From IMG/VR virus record IMGVR_UViG_3300009826_000020, positions 19,019 through 83,018 of that record: a stretch of DNA of 64,000 nt, one strand, 5' to 3'. Position numbers and translations under genes: made by a program. Below the pieces are notes generated by a model. It was not told the origin of the DNA and ran no database searches. It was given only the letters and a program-made list of their open reading frames with translations. Of the stretch, positions 1 through 9,492 are shown piece by piece (position 1 is the stretch's first letter; every line of letters starts with the position of its first letter). This stretch comes from a virus (lineage: Duplodnaviria; Caudoviricetes).

Positions 1-100
1 GAAACAGCCCCCGCCGGGAAGTGACCCTGGTGGTCGACCTCGACCACGGGTCTGTTTTGGAGACGGAGGATATTACCTACGACTCCGATGACGAGGGCAT

Positions 101-988
101 ATGATCGAGGATCTGCTCGAACATATAGGTGTCGAGGACATTCGGCCCCGGGGTAATGAGATCCAGGCTCGGTGCCCGAAGCACAAGGAGCGCACCGGGA
201 GCCGGGAATTCCGTCCGATCCACTGGTCGATAAATCGGATATCTGGTGCTCACCATTGCTTCAGTTGTGACTACAGCGGGAGTCTGGTTCGGCTGATAAC
301 CGATATGACCAAGCTGAAGCCGTTCGATGCCCAGGTGCTGATCCATAAATTCAATGTCGAATTGGGAGAGATCGAGGTCCCTGATTGGGAGCCTTCCCTC
401 ACGAAGTCAGTGACGAAGCAATTGCGCCACGAGTTCATCGACCCTCCGAATGGCCCTATGACCGTCCGACACCTGAACAAAGAGGCCATTAGGCGATTCC
501 GTATCCGCTGGGATCCGAAGCAGGAGGCTTGGATCCTGCCCATAGTGGGGCCGAGTGGGGAGACGTGGGGCTGGCAGGCGAAGTCACCCGACCAGGTTCG
601 TAATTACCCGCTGGGCATCAAAAAGAGCCGTACGCTTTTCGGTATCGATGTGCTGAGGAACAGTAATTCCGTTGCCCTGGTGGAATCTCCCCTCGATGCC
701 TGCTACCTCGACACCCTGGGCATCCCGGCGGTTGCCTCCTTTGGTGCAGCCGTCTCCGACCGGCAGATGCGCCTGTTGATCGAGCGGGTGGATGAGATTG
801 TGCTGGCGCTCGACAACGACAAGGCCGGTCGTCGGGAGGTCATGCGGATCCTGGGGGAGAAATGGCACCACCGGATCCCCATGAGGGTTTTTGATTACGG
901 GAAGGTCAAGGGCAAGGATCCCGGCGAGTTGACTCGTAAGCAGGTTGAGCACGGTATGGCTAACGCCATTTTGGCTGCGTTCTGGTAG
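101..988 (+). CDS. dnaG: DNA primase (CHC2-type Zn finger + TOPRIM)
   Basis: CPKH...CFSC zinc-binding N-terminus; TOPRIM motifs LVESPLDA and LALDNDKAG. Confidence 0.9.
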   Translation: MIEDLLEHIGVEDIRPRGNEIQARCPKHKERTGSREFRPIHWSINRISGAHHCFSCDYSGSLVRLITDMTKLKPFDAQVLIHKFNVELGEIEVPDWEPSLTKSVTKQLRHEFIDPPNGPMTVRHLNKEAIRRFRIRWDPKQEAWILPIVGPSGETWGWQAKSPDQVRNYPLGIKKSRTLFGIDVLRNSNSVALVESPLDACYLDTLGIPAVASFGAAVSDRQMRLLIERVDEIVLALDNDKAGRREVMRILGEKWHHRIPMRVFDYGKVKGKDPGELTRKQVEHGMANAILAAFW

Positions 989-1285
989 GTGAAAATGAAA
1001 CAGTGTCTCGTAATCAAGGTTGAGGAGAACGGGAAGCACCGGACTTGGAACTGCCAACTGGAGGCAGGCCATGAGGGGCGTCACCGTTCCATTACTGGTC
1101 ACCGGGTTTGGGATGATCTCCCTGATCCTGTTGCACCCAGCCCTCCGATTACGTCTGTGGAGGATGCTCTTCTGGCCCTGGAGGAGATAAAGGACCATCT
1201 GTTCGAGTCAGTGCAGGTGATGGTAGATGAACGCTGTGAGGAAATTCAGAGGGTAATCGACTGTCTGTCGAAACTTGAACTGTGA
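989..1285 (+). CDS. hypothetical protein, Cys/His-rich N-terminus
   Basis: GTG start directly after the primase stop; CQLEAGHEGRH; GTGA overlap with helicase. Confidence 0.7.
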   Translation: MKMKQCLVIKVEENGKHRTWNCQLEAGHEGRHRSITGHRVWDDLPDPVAPSPPITSVEDALLALEEIKDHLFESVQVMVDERCEEIQRVIDCLSKLEL

Positions 1286-2835
1286 CCTTCGTCGGGGAGC
1301 TATATCCCTTTCAGCTTGAAGCCGTCGAGAAAATGATCGAGGCCCGTCGCCTTCTGGTTGCGTACGAGATGGGCCTGGGGAAAACGGTCATCACCATTGC
1401 CGCCATCGAGAAATTGATTGAGGACGACAAGGTGGGCGGGGGTTTGATCATCGCTCCCGCCTCGATAAAGCTCCAATGGCAGCGCATGATCCAGCAATTC
1501 GCCCCGAATGCCTCCTCCATCGTGGTGAACGGAACTGCCAAGCAACGGGGACGCCAGTACCACGATTATCACGCCGGGAAAGCTGAGTACCTCATTATCA
1601 ACCCCGAGCAGTTGGTCAACGACTGGGAAATAGTATCCAAGCTGGACCGGGATTTCATCGTGGCCGACGAGGTGCAGTGGGCGAAAAACTTCAAGCCCAA
1701 CCGGTCGAAAAAGCTCAAGCGGTTAAGGGCCACCTACTGCTGGGGTCTGACCGGCCAGCCCGTCGAGAACCGGGCTGAAGAACTGTTCAGTATTTTCCAG
1801 TGGATCGATTCCACCGTGCTGGGGGATTTCCGCACCTTCGAGGCAGCCTTTATCCGCCGGGATCACTGGGGCCGGGTGAAAAGCTACCGGAACCTGCCTA
1901 CCCTGCATCGCATCGTCTCCGAGAACATGGTGCGGCGCACAAGAGCCGAGGTGGCTGACCAGCTACCGGCGGTACAGGAGCAGCTTCTCCTGGTCGATAT
2001 CGACGCCCCTGGGGCCAGGCTGTACCGGCGGATGGTCCATGACCTGCAGCGGGATGTTGAGGACGCTATCAACACCTGGGGCAATTTCTCGCTGGCTGGG
2101 TATTATCACGGCGATGATCAGGGAGAGGCCCGGGGCCGGATCATGAGCAAGCTGATCTGTATGCGGATGCTCTGTGATCACCCCGAGCTACTGCGCCTCT
2201 CCTCGGCTCATTTCCGGGGAGATATCCCCGGTACCCGAATGGGCAGCCAGTACGCCGAGGAGTTGCACCAAAGTGGCCACCTGAGGGACGTCAATAAAAG
2301 CCCCAAGCTCGATGCCACGGTGGATCTGATCGAGGAGATCCTCGACGCCAACCCCCGCAATAAGGTGGTGTTGTTCTCCTTTTTCCGAGACATGCTTGAT
2401 ATCGTCGCCACCTCGACGGCGAAGTTCACAAAATCGGTGCTCTTCACGGGGGCGGTTTCCGTTCGGGGCCGGGATGCGGCCAAGCAGCAATTCGCCAATG
2501 ACCCTGATACCCGCCTCTTCCTCTCCTCTGATGCCGGGGGGATTGGCCTCGACCTGCCTGCAGCGAACTACCTGATTTCCTATGATCTGCCCTGGAGTGC
2601 CGGTGCTTACTCCCAGCGACAGAGTCGGATTATCCGTCTCTCCTCGGAATGGCCCGAGGTCACGCTGATTGCCACCGAGGTGGCCGGATCCATCGAGGAG
2701 TACCAGGACGCCCTTCTCGGCCAGAAGAAGAAAATAGCCGACGCCGTGGTGGATGGGAAGGGTATTTCGCCCAAGGGTCGGTTGACCATGGACCTGAAGA
2801 GCTTGACCAGGTTCCTAGAAGAGAGCGTGGTATGA
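1282..2835 (+). CDS. SNF2-like superfamily 2 helicase
   Basis: AYEMGLGKT (motif I), ADEVQ (II), LTGQP (III), GGIGLDL (V), QRQSRIIR (VI). Confidence 0.92.
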   Translation: MTFVGELYPFQLEAVEKMIEARRLLVAYEMGLGKTVITIAAIEKLIEDDKVGGGLIIAPASIKLQWQRMIQQFAPNASSIVVNGTAKQRGRQYHDYHAGKAEYLIINPEQLVNDWEIVSKLDRDFIVADEVQWAKNFKPNRSKKLKRLRATYCWGLTGQPVENRAEELFSIFQWIDSTVLGDFRTFEAAFIRRDHWGRVKSYRNLPTLHRIVSENMVRRTRAEVADQLPAVQEQLLLVDIDAPGARLYRRMVHDLQRDVEDAINTWGNFSLAGYYHGDDQGEARGRIMSKLICMRMLCDHPELLRLSSAHFRGDIPGTRMGSQYAEELHQSGHLRDVNKSPKLDATVDLIEEILDANPRNKVVLFSFFRDMLDIVATSTAKFTKSVLFTGAVSVRGRDAAKQQFANDPDTRLFLSSDAGGIGLDLPAANYLISYDLPWSAGAYSQRQSRIIRLSSEWPEVTLIATEVAGSIEEYQDALLGQKKKIADAVVDGKGISPKGRLTMDLKSLTRFLEESVV

Positions 2836-3167
2836 GTGGTCCCACGTACCTTTTCTGTGGCAGTCGACTGACGGATGACCGTAATCTCATGCGGATCCTG
2901 CTGGAGGGATTGAATACCCAGGCTCGTCAGTGGCAGGAGATGATCACGATTCAAGATGACGGTACTCTAAATGATTTAGAGTACGAGGTAGAGACGTTCA
3001 AGTATTTACGGTATGAGCGTGTCGAGGAGTGGTCGGACCCCAACGTGGTTTTTGCCTTTATTGACCGTATGAGCCACAACCGTGCCACCGAGGCCACCCT
3101 GGCGAGGGCCACTGAAGCTCACCGAGCCGCATTCATCTTCAGCGTTTACGAAAACATTCCCCAGTAG
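2832..3167 (+). CDS. SLOG/DUF2493-like protein
   Basis: ATGA overlap with helicase; YLFCGSR N-terminal motif, VVFAF strand. Confidence 0.55.
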   Translation: MSGPTYLFCGSRLTDDRNLMRILLEGLNTQARQWQEMITIQDDGTLNDLEYEVETFKYLRYERVEEWSDPNVVFAFIDRMSHNRATEATLARATEAHRAAFIFSVYENIPQ

Positions 3168-3204
3168 CACACGGGGCCTGGAGGACGCAGGTACCCTCGG
3201 TTGT

Positions 3205-3654
3205 ATGCCGAAGATCGTGACTGTGGATCTCGAAGAGGTACGCCAGGAGGTGGCTGCCTGGTGGGGCCTCAAGCGCCAGGCGAAAATGCTGGAGACGGAG
3301 ATCCAGCAGCGCCGGAAGCAGCTATCATCGCTCGTCCAAAAATACGGTGAGAAGGACGACAAGGGCAACCTTTTCCTCGACCTTGGTGTGGCGGTCACCA
3401 ACGATGGCATCAGCCAACTGAAGAATCAGATCACGATCAGCACCGGTCTGAACGAGGAAGCCGCCAAAGAGATCCTTGAGGCCAAGGGTCTGTGGGTGGA
3501 GATGACCGAGGTCGTCAGGGTCATCGATGAGGCCCGGGTCAATGCCGCCTTCTATGACAACAAGATCAATGAGGACGAGTTGACTCAAATGTTCCCTCAG
3601 CGGGTGAGCTACAGCTTCTGGCCGGTGGATGAGGCTGGGAAACAGATCCGATGA
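3205..3654 (+). CDS. hypothetical coiled-coil protein
   Basis: ATG 7 nt after a TACCCT -10-like box; helical N-terminus; ATGA overlap downstream. Confidence 0.7.
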   Translation: MPKIVTVDLEEVRQEVAAWWGLKRQAKMLETEIQQRRKQLSSLVQKYGEKDDKGNLFLDLGVAVTNDGISQLKNQITISTGLNEEAAKEILEAKGLWVEMTEVVRVIDEARVNAAFYDNKINEDELTQMFPQRVSYSFWPVDEAGKQIR

Positions 3655-3845
3655 GCAGTCCACCAATCGATCCACATACCGAGGGGCCGAAGAACCATGA
3701 CTACCTCTCGACGGCCTGCTATCACGAACTCCATGAGCGGTGCCGGTTGGTCTGTAAATTCTGTGAGACACCCTGTGCCTGTATATGCCATCAGGAGGGT
3801 GGGGAACATCCATTTCCTGAGGGTGGCGGGGTATTCCTGACATGA
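3651..3845 (+). CDS. small Cys/His metal-binding protein
   Basis: HDYLSTACYHELHERCRLVCKFCETPCACICH; 4-nt overlaps on both sides. Confidence 0.75.
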   Translation: MSSPPIDPHTEGPKNHDYLSTACYHELHERCRLVCKFCETPCACICHQEGGEHPFPEGGGVFLT

Positions 3846-4036
3846 CGGTCTGCGAGGGATTCCAGTGGATCGGCCAGACACTCGCCTCCTGTGACCGGTG
3901 CGGCCAGCCCTACTGGGAGCACACCCATGAGGAAGTCCCAGCAGAGGATCAGGCATTCGGCGGGACATGGAAATTGGTTCCTATTCCGCCGGAAAAGGCC
4001 CGAGCGGTGATGGAGAAATGGGTGCATGATGTCTGA
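3842..4036 (+). CDS. hypothetical protein (CxxC...H)
   Basis: CDRCGQPYWEH; coupled overlaps. Confidence 0.7.
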   Translation: MTVCEGFQWIGQTLASCDRCGQPYWEHTHEEVPAEDQAFGGTWKLVPIPPEKARAVMEKWVHDV

Positions 4037-4502
4037 GCCGGATCTCATGACCCCCTTCGACACCCTCAAGGACGAGTTCTATCCAGGGTCGAAAATGCTT
4101 CGGCGGGAATCTCTGGAGACGGTCAGGGAGCGTAAAAAGGATGAGCGTCGACAGGAACTTGCCGACGAATCCTGGGACGCCCATCCCAAGAAGAAATCCT
4201 ACCGGGGCGTGGAATACGAGATGTTCAACATCGGTGCCTTCGGAAAGGCCATGGGGAAAAGCCCCGTTACTCTCAGGGCGTGGATTCGTAAGGGCTGGCT
4301 GCCCCGGAATCAGTTTCAAGATCCGCCCGTGATCGGCTCCAGAGGGGATGCAGGACGGAGACTCTGGACCCGTGCCCAGATCGAGCGCATCGTCGCCATA
4401 GCCAGAGAGGAGGGACTGCTAGAACAAAGCCTGCCCCGCATTCAACAGACTAACTTCACCCAGCGGATCACCGACGAATGGAAGGATCTACGCTGGCGAT
4501 GA
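4026..4502 (+). CDS. MerR-like helix-turn-helix DNA-binding protein
   Basis: FNIGAFGKAMGKSPVTLRAWIRKGWLP...RRLWTRAQI winged-HTH pattern. Confidence 0.75.
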   Translation: MMSEPDLMTPFDTLKDEFYPGSKMLRRESLETVRERKKDERRQELADESWDAHPKKKSYRGVEYEMFNIGAFGKAMGKSPVTLRAWIRKGWLPRNQFQDPPVIGSRGDAGRRLWTRAQIERIVAIAREEGLLEQSLPRIQQTNFTQRITDEWKDLRWR

Positions 4503-4873
4503 AGCTTTCAAAAAACACCCGGTTTCTGGTTCGTGTTCGGGATTACGAGGTTGTCCACATCGAGGTCGGCAGCGAAGTGACGCACTTCGACCTGGGCTAT
4601 GACGATCTCGGATGGGCCACCTTGCCACCCAAGCAGCGTGATTCGGAAATCGAACACCTCCACTCCATACTGTCTGTCGCCGTTGAGGAAATGGCCCGGG
4701 AGGAACTGGAAATAGTGGGCCAATGGTCTGAATTTTCTCCCAACGTGGCCGAGGATTTTCTCTCCCATCACTCTGCATCTGCATCTGCACCCCTACCACT
4801 GAAAAGGAAAGACAATGCCACAGATAAGAAGACTGACTCGCCCACAACAGGACGACGACTACGAGGAGGATGA
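4499..4873 (+). CDS. hypothetical protein
   Basis: ATGA overlap at 4499; MKLSKNTRFLVRVRDYEVVHIEVG. Confidence 0.65.
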   Translation: MKLSKNTRFLVRVRDYEVVHIEVGSEVTHFDLGYDDLGWATLPPKQRDSEIEHLHSILSVAVEEMAREELEIVGQWSEFSPNVAEDFLSHHSASASAPLPLKRKDNATDKKTDSPTTGRRLRGG

Positions 4874-5513
4874 GGCTCCTCGCCGCCTCCGCACCCCTGA
4901 GCCACCTGCACGCCGCAGTTCACACAGGAATGCCGACGATGACCGGGGCCTGGCAGTGGCAAAGGGTCGGGCCGGTTACAAGCGTGTCAAGGCCAATGCG
5001 CCCAGCCCCTTCACGAAATTGTACAAGGTCGGGGATGATGAGGGTCTGATAATGCTCCTTGAGAACGAGCCGTATGCCTCTTTCCTCCAGCACTGGTGTG
5101 ACTGGGTAGGCCGTGGTCAGCGCCAGAGCTACATCTGCCTGCAGGAGGATTGCCCGCTCGATGAGGTCGACCCCAAGCCCGCCATGCGGGTGCGGTGGAA
5201 TATCCTCGACTGCAGCGGGGATCAGCCCATCCACATGCCCTTCGAGTGTGGCATCGCCGTTAGTGACATGCTGCTCGACTGGGGCGAAAATGAGCCGCTT
5301 TCCGGGCGGTATTTCGGTATTCAGATGAAGGGTCCGAAGAGGAGTCGTAGGACCCAGATCCGTCCGGTGAAGATCAGGGACCTCGAAGAGGACTGGGATT
5401 TTGTGGCCCTCAGTGAGGACGCCATCGAGGGGTTCGATCTCTTCGATGAGAAGACACTTGATGTATCCTCCCGACAGGAGCTACGTCAGGTGGCTGACGC
5501 TTTCAACGAGTGA
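4815..5513 (+). CDS. single-stranded DNA-binding protein, T4 gp32-like
   Basis: QHW...YICLQEDCPLD metal-site pattern, OB-like core, acidic C-terminus, next to the polymerase. Confidence 0.75.
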   Translation: MPQIRRLTRPQQDDDYEEDEAPRRLRTPEPPARRSSHRNADDDRGLAVAKGRAGYKRVKANAPSPFTKLYKVGDDEGLIMLLENEPYASFLQHWCDWVGRGQRQSYICLQEDCPLDEVDPKPAMRVRWNILDCSGDQPIHMPFECGIAVSDMLLDWGENEPLSGRYFGIQMKGPKRSRRTQIRPVKIRDLEEDWDFVALSEDAIEGFDLFDEKTLDVSSRQELRQVADAFNE

Positions 5514-5517
5514 CTAA

Positions 5518-7491
5518 ATGCTTATTCCCCGGACGGTACATACGCCTGAAGATCTGAAACAGTTGGTACAGGACTACTCGGAATTCTCTGAGTTCTCCTT
5601 CGACGTCGAGACGCATGCGACCCGTCACGTCCGGGCACTACAGAAGCAGAGGGTACTGGCACGGTCCCGTTACGGGGGCCGTGTCGCCTTCTGTGAGTCC
5701 TGTGGGCAGAGGCTGCCGCCTAGGCGGATGAAATTCTGCTCCGATGTCTGCCAGCGTGCCGCCGGGAAGGACAAGCCCGCCCTCGATCCCACCACGAACA
5801 GGGTCTGGTCCATCAGCCTTGCTGGCCCGGGACGATCTGACGTGATCCCTTGTGGGCACCCGGATACTGCCCAGCCCCAGCTTCACCGTAGTGAGGTCAT
5901 GCAGGCCCTGCAACCACTCTTCTTCTCCGACCGCCGCAAGATCAACCAGAACGTTGGCTTCGACCTGCTCACGATTGCTAAATACTACGACGGAAAAATC
6001 CCGCCACCACCCTATGGCGACGTGATGACGTTGATATTTATCATCAACGAAAACCTCGGTCGCTACAACCTCGCCAGTCTTGCCGAACACTATCTGGGCT
6101 ATACCTACGCCGAGAAGTTGGGTGAAGAGGCCTATCGGGTGGAGTTCGAGCGGGCAATGAACTACTCACTCACCGACGCAAAAATGGCTTGGCTCCTCTG
6201 GTGGAAAATGGCTCCCGTGCTGGAGGACCGCCCGAAGTTGTCCTGGCTCTTTGACCTGGAGATGGATGTGCTCCGGGTGCTTCTGCACATGCGCCAGCAC
6301 GGGGCCTACGTCGACTACGACGGGTTTCAGCAATTGCACCCCCAGCTTCTCGACCAATTGCACATGCTGGAGGAGGAGATCCACGAGATGGCTGGGCGTG
6401 AGATCAACCTCAATTCCACACAGCAGTTGGGACGATGGCTGTATGACAAGCCGCCCGAGGGGTTGGGATTGCCGTGTCTCTGGTACACCGAGACGGGGCA
6501 ACGTTCGACCAGTGCCGATGCTCTCAAGCGGTTGATCAAAAAACACAAAGCGCCCCAGAAGATTTTGTCCTACAAAGACGTCTCGAAGATGCTCTCCACC
6601 TATGTGGCTGGCTTCTTTCCGCACATCGATGCCGACTCACGAATCCGTCCCAGCTTCAACCAGGCCGTGGCGAAGACCGGCAGGCTCAGTTGTAGCTCAC
6701 CGAATGCCCAGAATATCCCCGCCCGATACAGGGAAAATACTGAGGCCGAGGGTGACATGGTGCGCCGTCTCTTCGTGGCCCCACCGGGGAAGAAGCTGAT
6801 CGTGGCCGACTACAGCCAGATCGAGCTACGTGTGCTCGCCCACCAGACCAAGGACCGCATGCTCCTCTACGCCTACAGGGAGGGGCTGGATCTCCACACC
6901 CAGACGGCGTCCCTGATCTACAAGGTGCCTGAGGACAAGGTCACCACAGAGCAGCGAGCCATCGCCAAAAACAGCAACTTCAACCTGAGCTTTGAGGGTG
7001 GCCCCGGGCGCATCGTGGAAATGTCCGGTATATCCAAGGACGAGGCCCAAAAGGTTTACAACGCCTGGCATGCCGCCTATCCTGGGGTGAAGAAGTGGGG
7101 TAGCTCTGTAAAGCGTCAATGCTTTACGGATGGCTATGTCGAAACCCTCTATGGACGCAAGCGGAGGCTGCCCGATATCAAGTCCTCTGACAACAAGCTA
7201 CGCAGTTATGCTGAGCGCCAGGCTGTCAACCATCCGATCCAGGGCACCGCCGCCGACATTGCAAAAATCGCTCTGATCCAGGTACACGAAGTCCTTCGCC
7301 TTTTTAACGCCAGTCTGGTGCTCCAGATCCATGATGAGTTTGTGATCGAGTGCGAGGAGGACAAGGTGGACGAGGTTCTCCCCCTGGTCAGAGAGGCCAT
7401 GGAGGATATCCGCCTGAGGGGTCGTCCTGTATTAGATGTACCATTGGAAGTCAATATAGGCATTGGAAATGATTGGGCCGCAGCAAAATGA
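5518..7491 (+). CDS. polA: family A DNA polymerase (3'-5' exonuclease + polymerase)
   Basis: ExoI FDVET; TGRLS; motif A DYSQIELR; motif B RAIAKNSNF; motif C QIHDE. Confidence 0.96.
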   Translation: MLIPRTVHTPEDLKQLVQDYSEFSEFSFDVETHATRHVRALQKQRVLARSRYGGRVAFCESCGQRLPPRRMKFCSDVCQRAAGKDKPALDPTTNRVWSISLAGPGRSDVIPCGHPDTAQPQLHRSEVMQALQPLFFSDRRKINQNVGFDLLTIAKYYDGKIPPPPYGDVMTLIFIINENLGRYNLASLAEHYLGYTYAEKLGEEAYRVEFERAMNYSLTDAKMAWLLWWKMAPVLEDRPKLSWLFDLEMDVLRVLLHMRQHGAYVDYDGFQQLHPQLLDQLHMLEEEIHEMAGREINLNSTQQLGRWLYDKPPEGLGLPCLWYTETGQRSTSADALKRLIKKHKAPQKILSYKDVSKMLSTYVAGFFPHIDADSRIRPSFNQAVAKTGRLSCSSPNAQNIPARYRENTEAEGDMVRRLFVAPPGKKLIVADYSQIELRVLAHQTKDRMLLYAYREGLDLHTQTASLIYKVPEDKVTTEQRAIAKNSNFNLSFEGGPGRIVEMSGISKDEAQKVYNAWHAAYPGVKKWGSSVKRQCFTDGYVETLYGRKRRLPDIKSSDNKLRSYAERQAVNHPIQGTAADIAKIALIQVHEVLRLFNASLVLQIHDEFVIECEEDKVDEVLPLVREAMEDIRLRGRPVLDVPLEVNIGIGNDWAAAK

Positions 7492-7982
7492 GTGACGCAG
7501 CTTCGTGGTGGGCCAGGCAGCTAGGTGGCGTGAGATCCGCCCCTACGCCGGTCTCCCAGCCCGCCGGTTACCCCCAGAAGGCCGTGCGGTGGCAGCAGCC
7601 CCAGTACCCCCCGACTGGTCCCCAACGCCCGCCCGACCAGCCGGAGGGCGAAGACGACGATAATTGGCACCGTGTCCACCGTCAAGGGTTTGTGGCGAAA
7701 AGCCCGTCGAGCGCAGGGAAAACCGGTGCCTGCCCTGAGTGTGGTGGGTCGAATTACTTCAGTCGCAAGGGGCCATTGGGTGTTGAGGCTGCTCCGCTCT
7801 GTACCGATTGCGGATATAATGGGGACTTTTTTGTGCAGTCAGGTACGCTCCTGAACGCCATCGGGGCCAAGAGCACTGGACCCGTGCAGTTCGCCAGGAC
7901 AGATAATCCCGAGGCCCAGAGTCGCCTGTGGGCCGACCCCGGACTCGCAGGCAGTGACTTCAGTTGGGGGAACGTCGGATAG
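7488..7982 (+). CDS. hypothetical Zn-ribbon protein
   Basis: ATGA overlap; CPECGG...CTDCGY. Confidence 0.75.
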   Translation: MSDAASWWARQLGGVRSAPTPVSQPAGYPQKAVRWQQPQYPPTGPQRPPDQPEGEDDDNWHRVHRQGFVAKSPSSAGKTGACPECGGSNYFSRKGPLGVEAAPLCTDCGYNGDFFVQSGTLLNAIGAKSTGPVQFARTDNPEAQSRLWADPGLAGSDFSWGNVG

Positions 7983-7990
7983 GAGGCATC

Positions 7991-8239
7991 ATGCCTAGAG
8001 GAAAATCGCCAGGACCTAGTGTCCTCAAAAAGGACTCGTACGAAAAGCTCAAGGAGAAGGGTTTTTCCAAGTCCAAGGCTGCGGCTATATCCAACGCCCA
8101 GGCTCAGGGTAAGGGTCGCCGCCATGAGATGGGGGAGAAGGCAGCCGAGACGAGGAAGTCAGGTCGGGGGGCTATGAGTAAGACGGGCGAAGCTCAGCCG
8201 ACCAATAATCCCAGGAACAAAAAGGAGAATCGTGGCTGA
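7991..8239 (+). CDS. small basic protein
   Basis: AGGAGG RBS; PSVLKKDSYEKLKEKGFSKSKAAAISNA recalls small actinobacterial basic proteins (from memory, not searched). Confidence 0.7.
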   Translation: MPRGKSPGPSVLKKDSYEKLKEKGFSKSKAAAISNAQAQGKGRRHEMGEKAAETRKSGRGAMSKTGEAQPTNNPRNKKENRG

Positions 8240-8399
8240 GAAAAAGGAACCTTTTGGTGGTAAACAGGCTCCACCTTTTGGGAAAAAGGAGGCAAAGACC
8301 CCTGGTCGTAAGCCCCGCAAGGGCGAGGTAACCCCTACTGATAAGGCGATGGGAAAAGCAGAGCGGCATTATACGCCGAAGGGCCAGAAGAGTGGCTGA
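8232..8399 (+). CDS. 55-aa Lys-rich protein (not in ORF track)
   Basis: AAGGAG RBS, GTG start; MAEKKEPFGGKQAPPFGKKE...; fills the gap and overlaps the recA start. Confidence 0.7.
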   Translation: MAEKKEPFGGKQAPPFGKKEAKTPGRKPRKGEVTPTDKAMGKAERHYTPKGQKSG

Positions 8400-9492
8400 A
8401 AAGGCCGACAAGCGGCGCACCGTCGAAGAGGTCATAGCCCAGATAAATAAAGAGCTTGGCCCCGAGACAGTCGTCTGGGGATCCCAGATCCGCTATTCGA
8501 GCCTGCCCCGGATCTCGACCGGCTCCTTCTCTCTCGATATGGCCCTCGGTGGGGGCTGGCAGACCAACGCCTGGCACGAGATCTATGGCAACGAGAGTGC
8601 CGGGAAGACCACCATCATCCTGAAGACCATCGCTACCCAGCAGGCTGCTAACCCTGAGTTCACCGTGTTCTGGGTGGCGGCTGAGGAGTTCGTGCCCTCC
8701 TGGGCACAGGATCTCGGCTGTGACACTGACAGGATTCTGGTGATGCAGACCAACATCTTGGAGGAAGCTACTAATGCTGCCATCAAGGTTCTTGAGGAAC
8801 GTACTGTAGATGCCCTGGTCATTGACTCAATGCCCGCCCTCTCGCCGGTCACCGAGGCAGAGGGCACCATGGACGATCAGCAAATAGGGCTGGCCGCTCG
8901 CCTTTTGGGCAAGTTTTTCAGAAAAGCATATACGGCCATGAAGCGCAGTCTGGTTGAGGACGATAGGCCCGTGACCTGTTTCATCGTCAATCAGTGGCGG
9001 GAGAAAATAGGTGTCCTCTTTGGGGATCCCCGCACCACTCCAGGGGGTCGAGCCAAGAACTATTGGTTCACTACAAGGCTTGAATTGGCCCGTGACGACT
9101 GGCTGACTGAGGGCACCCGGCAGAATCAGCGCAAGGTCGGAATCACGATCAAGGCCAACACCACAAAGAACAAGAGCTACCCACCACAGCGGGTGGCCGT
9201 GGTGGACTTTTACTTCGACCGGAATGAGCTACAGATCCCGCCGGGATCGTACGATACGGCCAAGGAGCTTGTCACGATGGCCCTGGCGTGTGACCTCTTC
9301 AAGGTGAAGGGGGCCTACTACCACCTCGGTGAGCAGTCCTGGCACGGGCGTGCCGCCCTTGAGGAGCAGATCAGGTGGGATCTGACCTTGCAAGAGAAGC
9401 TCCGGGGTGATATTCATGATCAACTAGCAAAGGGGAGGAACCGGGAGGAGTCCAGCCCGACCCCTCGGCGGCTTGTCAGGACGAAGGAGTGA
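8392..9492 (+). CDS. recA: RecA/UvsX-like recombinase
   Basis: STGSFSLDMALGGG, Walker A GNESAGKTT, Walker B LVIDS, TTPGGRA. Confidence 0.95.
   Translation: MAEKADKRRTVEEVIAQINKELGPETVVWGSQIRYSSLPRISTGSFSLDMALGGGWQTNAWHEIYGNESAGKTTIILKTIATQQAANPEFTVFWVAAEEFVPSWAQDLGCDTDRILVMQTNILEEATNAAIKVLEERTVDALVIDSMPALSPVTEAEGTMDDQQIGLAARLLGKFFRKAYTAMKRSLVEDDRPVTCFIVNQWREKIGVLFGDPRTTPGGRAKNYWFTTRLELARDDWLTEGTRQNQRKVGITIKANTTKNKSYPPQRVAVVDFYFDRNELQIPPGSYDTAKELVTMALACDLFKVKGAYYHLGEQSWHGRAALEEQIRWDLTLQEKLRGDIHDQLAKGRNREESSPTPRRLVRTKE

Noticed and set aside
1657-1686. DEVQ instead of DEAH in the helicase as evidence of inactivity
   Set aside because: The catalytic DE pair and the other motifs are intact; motif II varies among phage SNF2-like helicases
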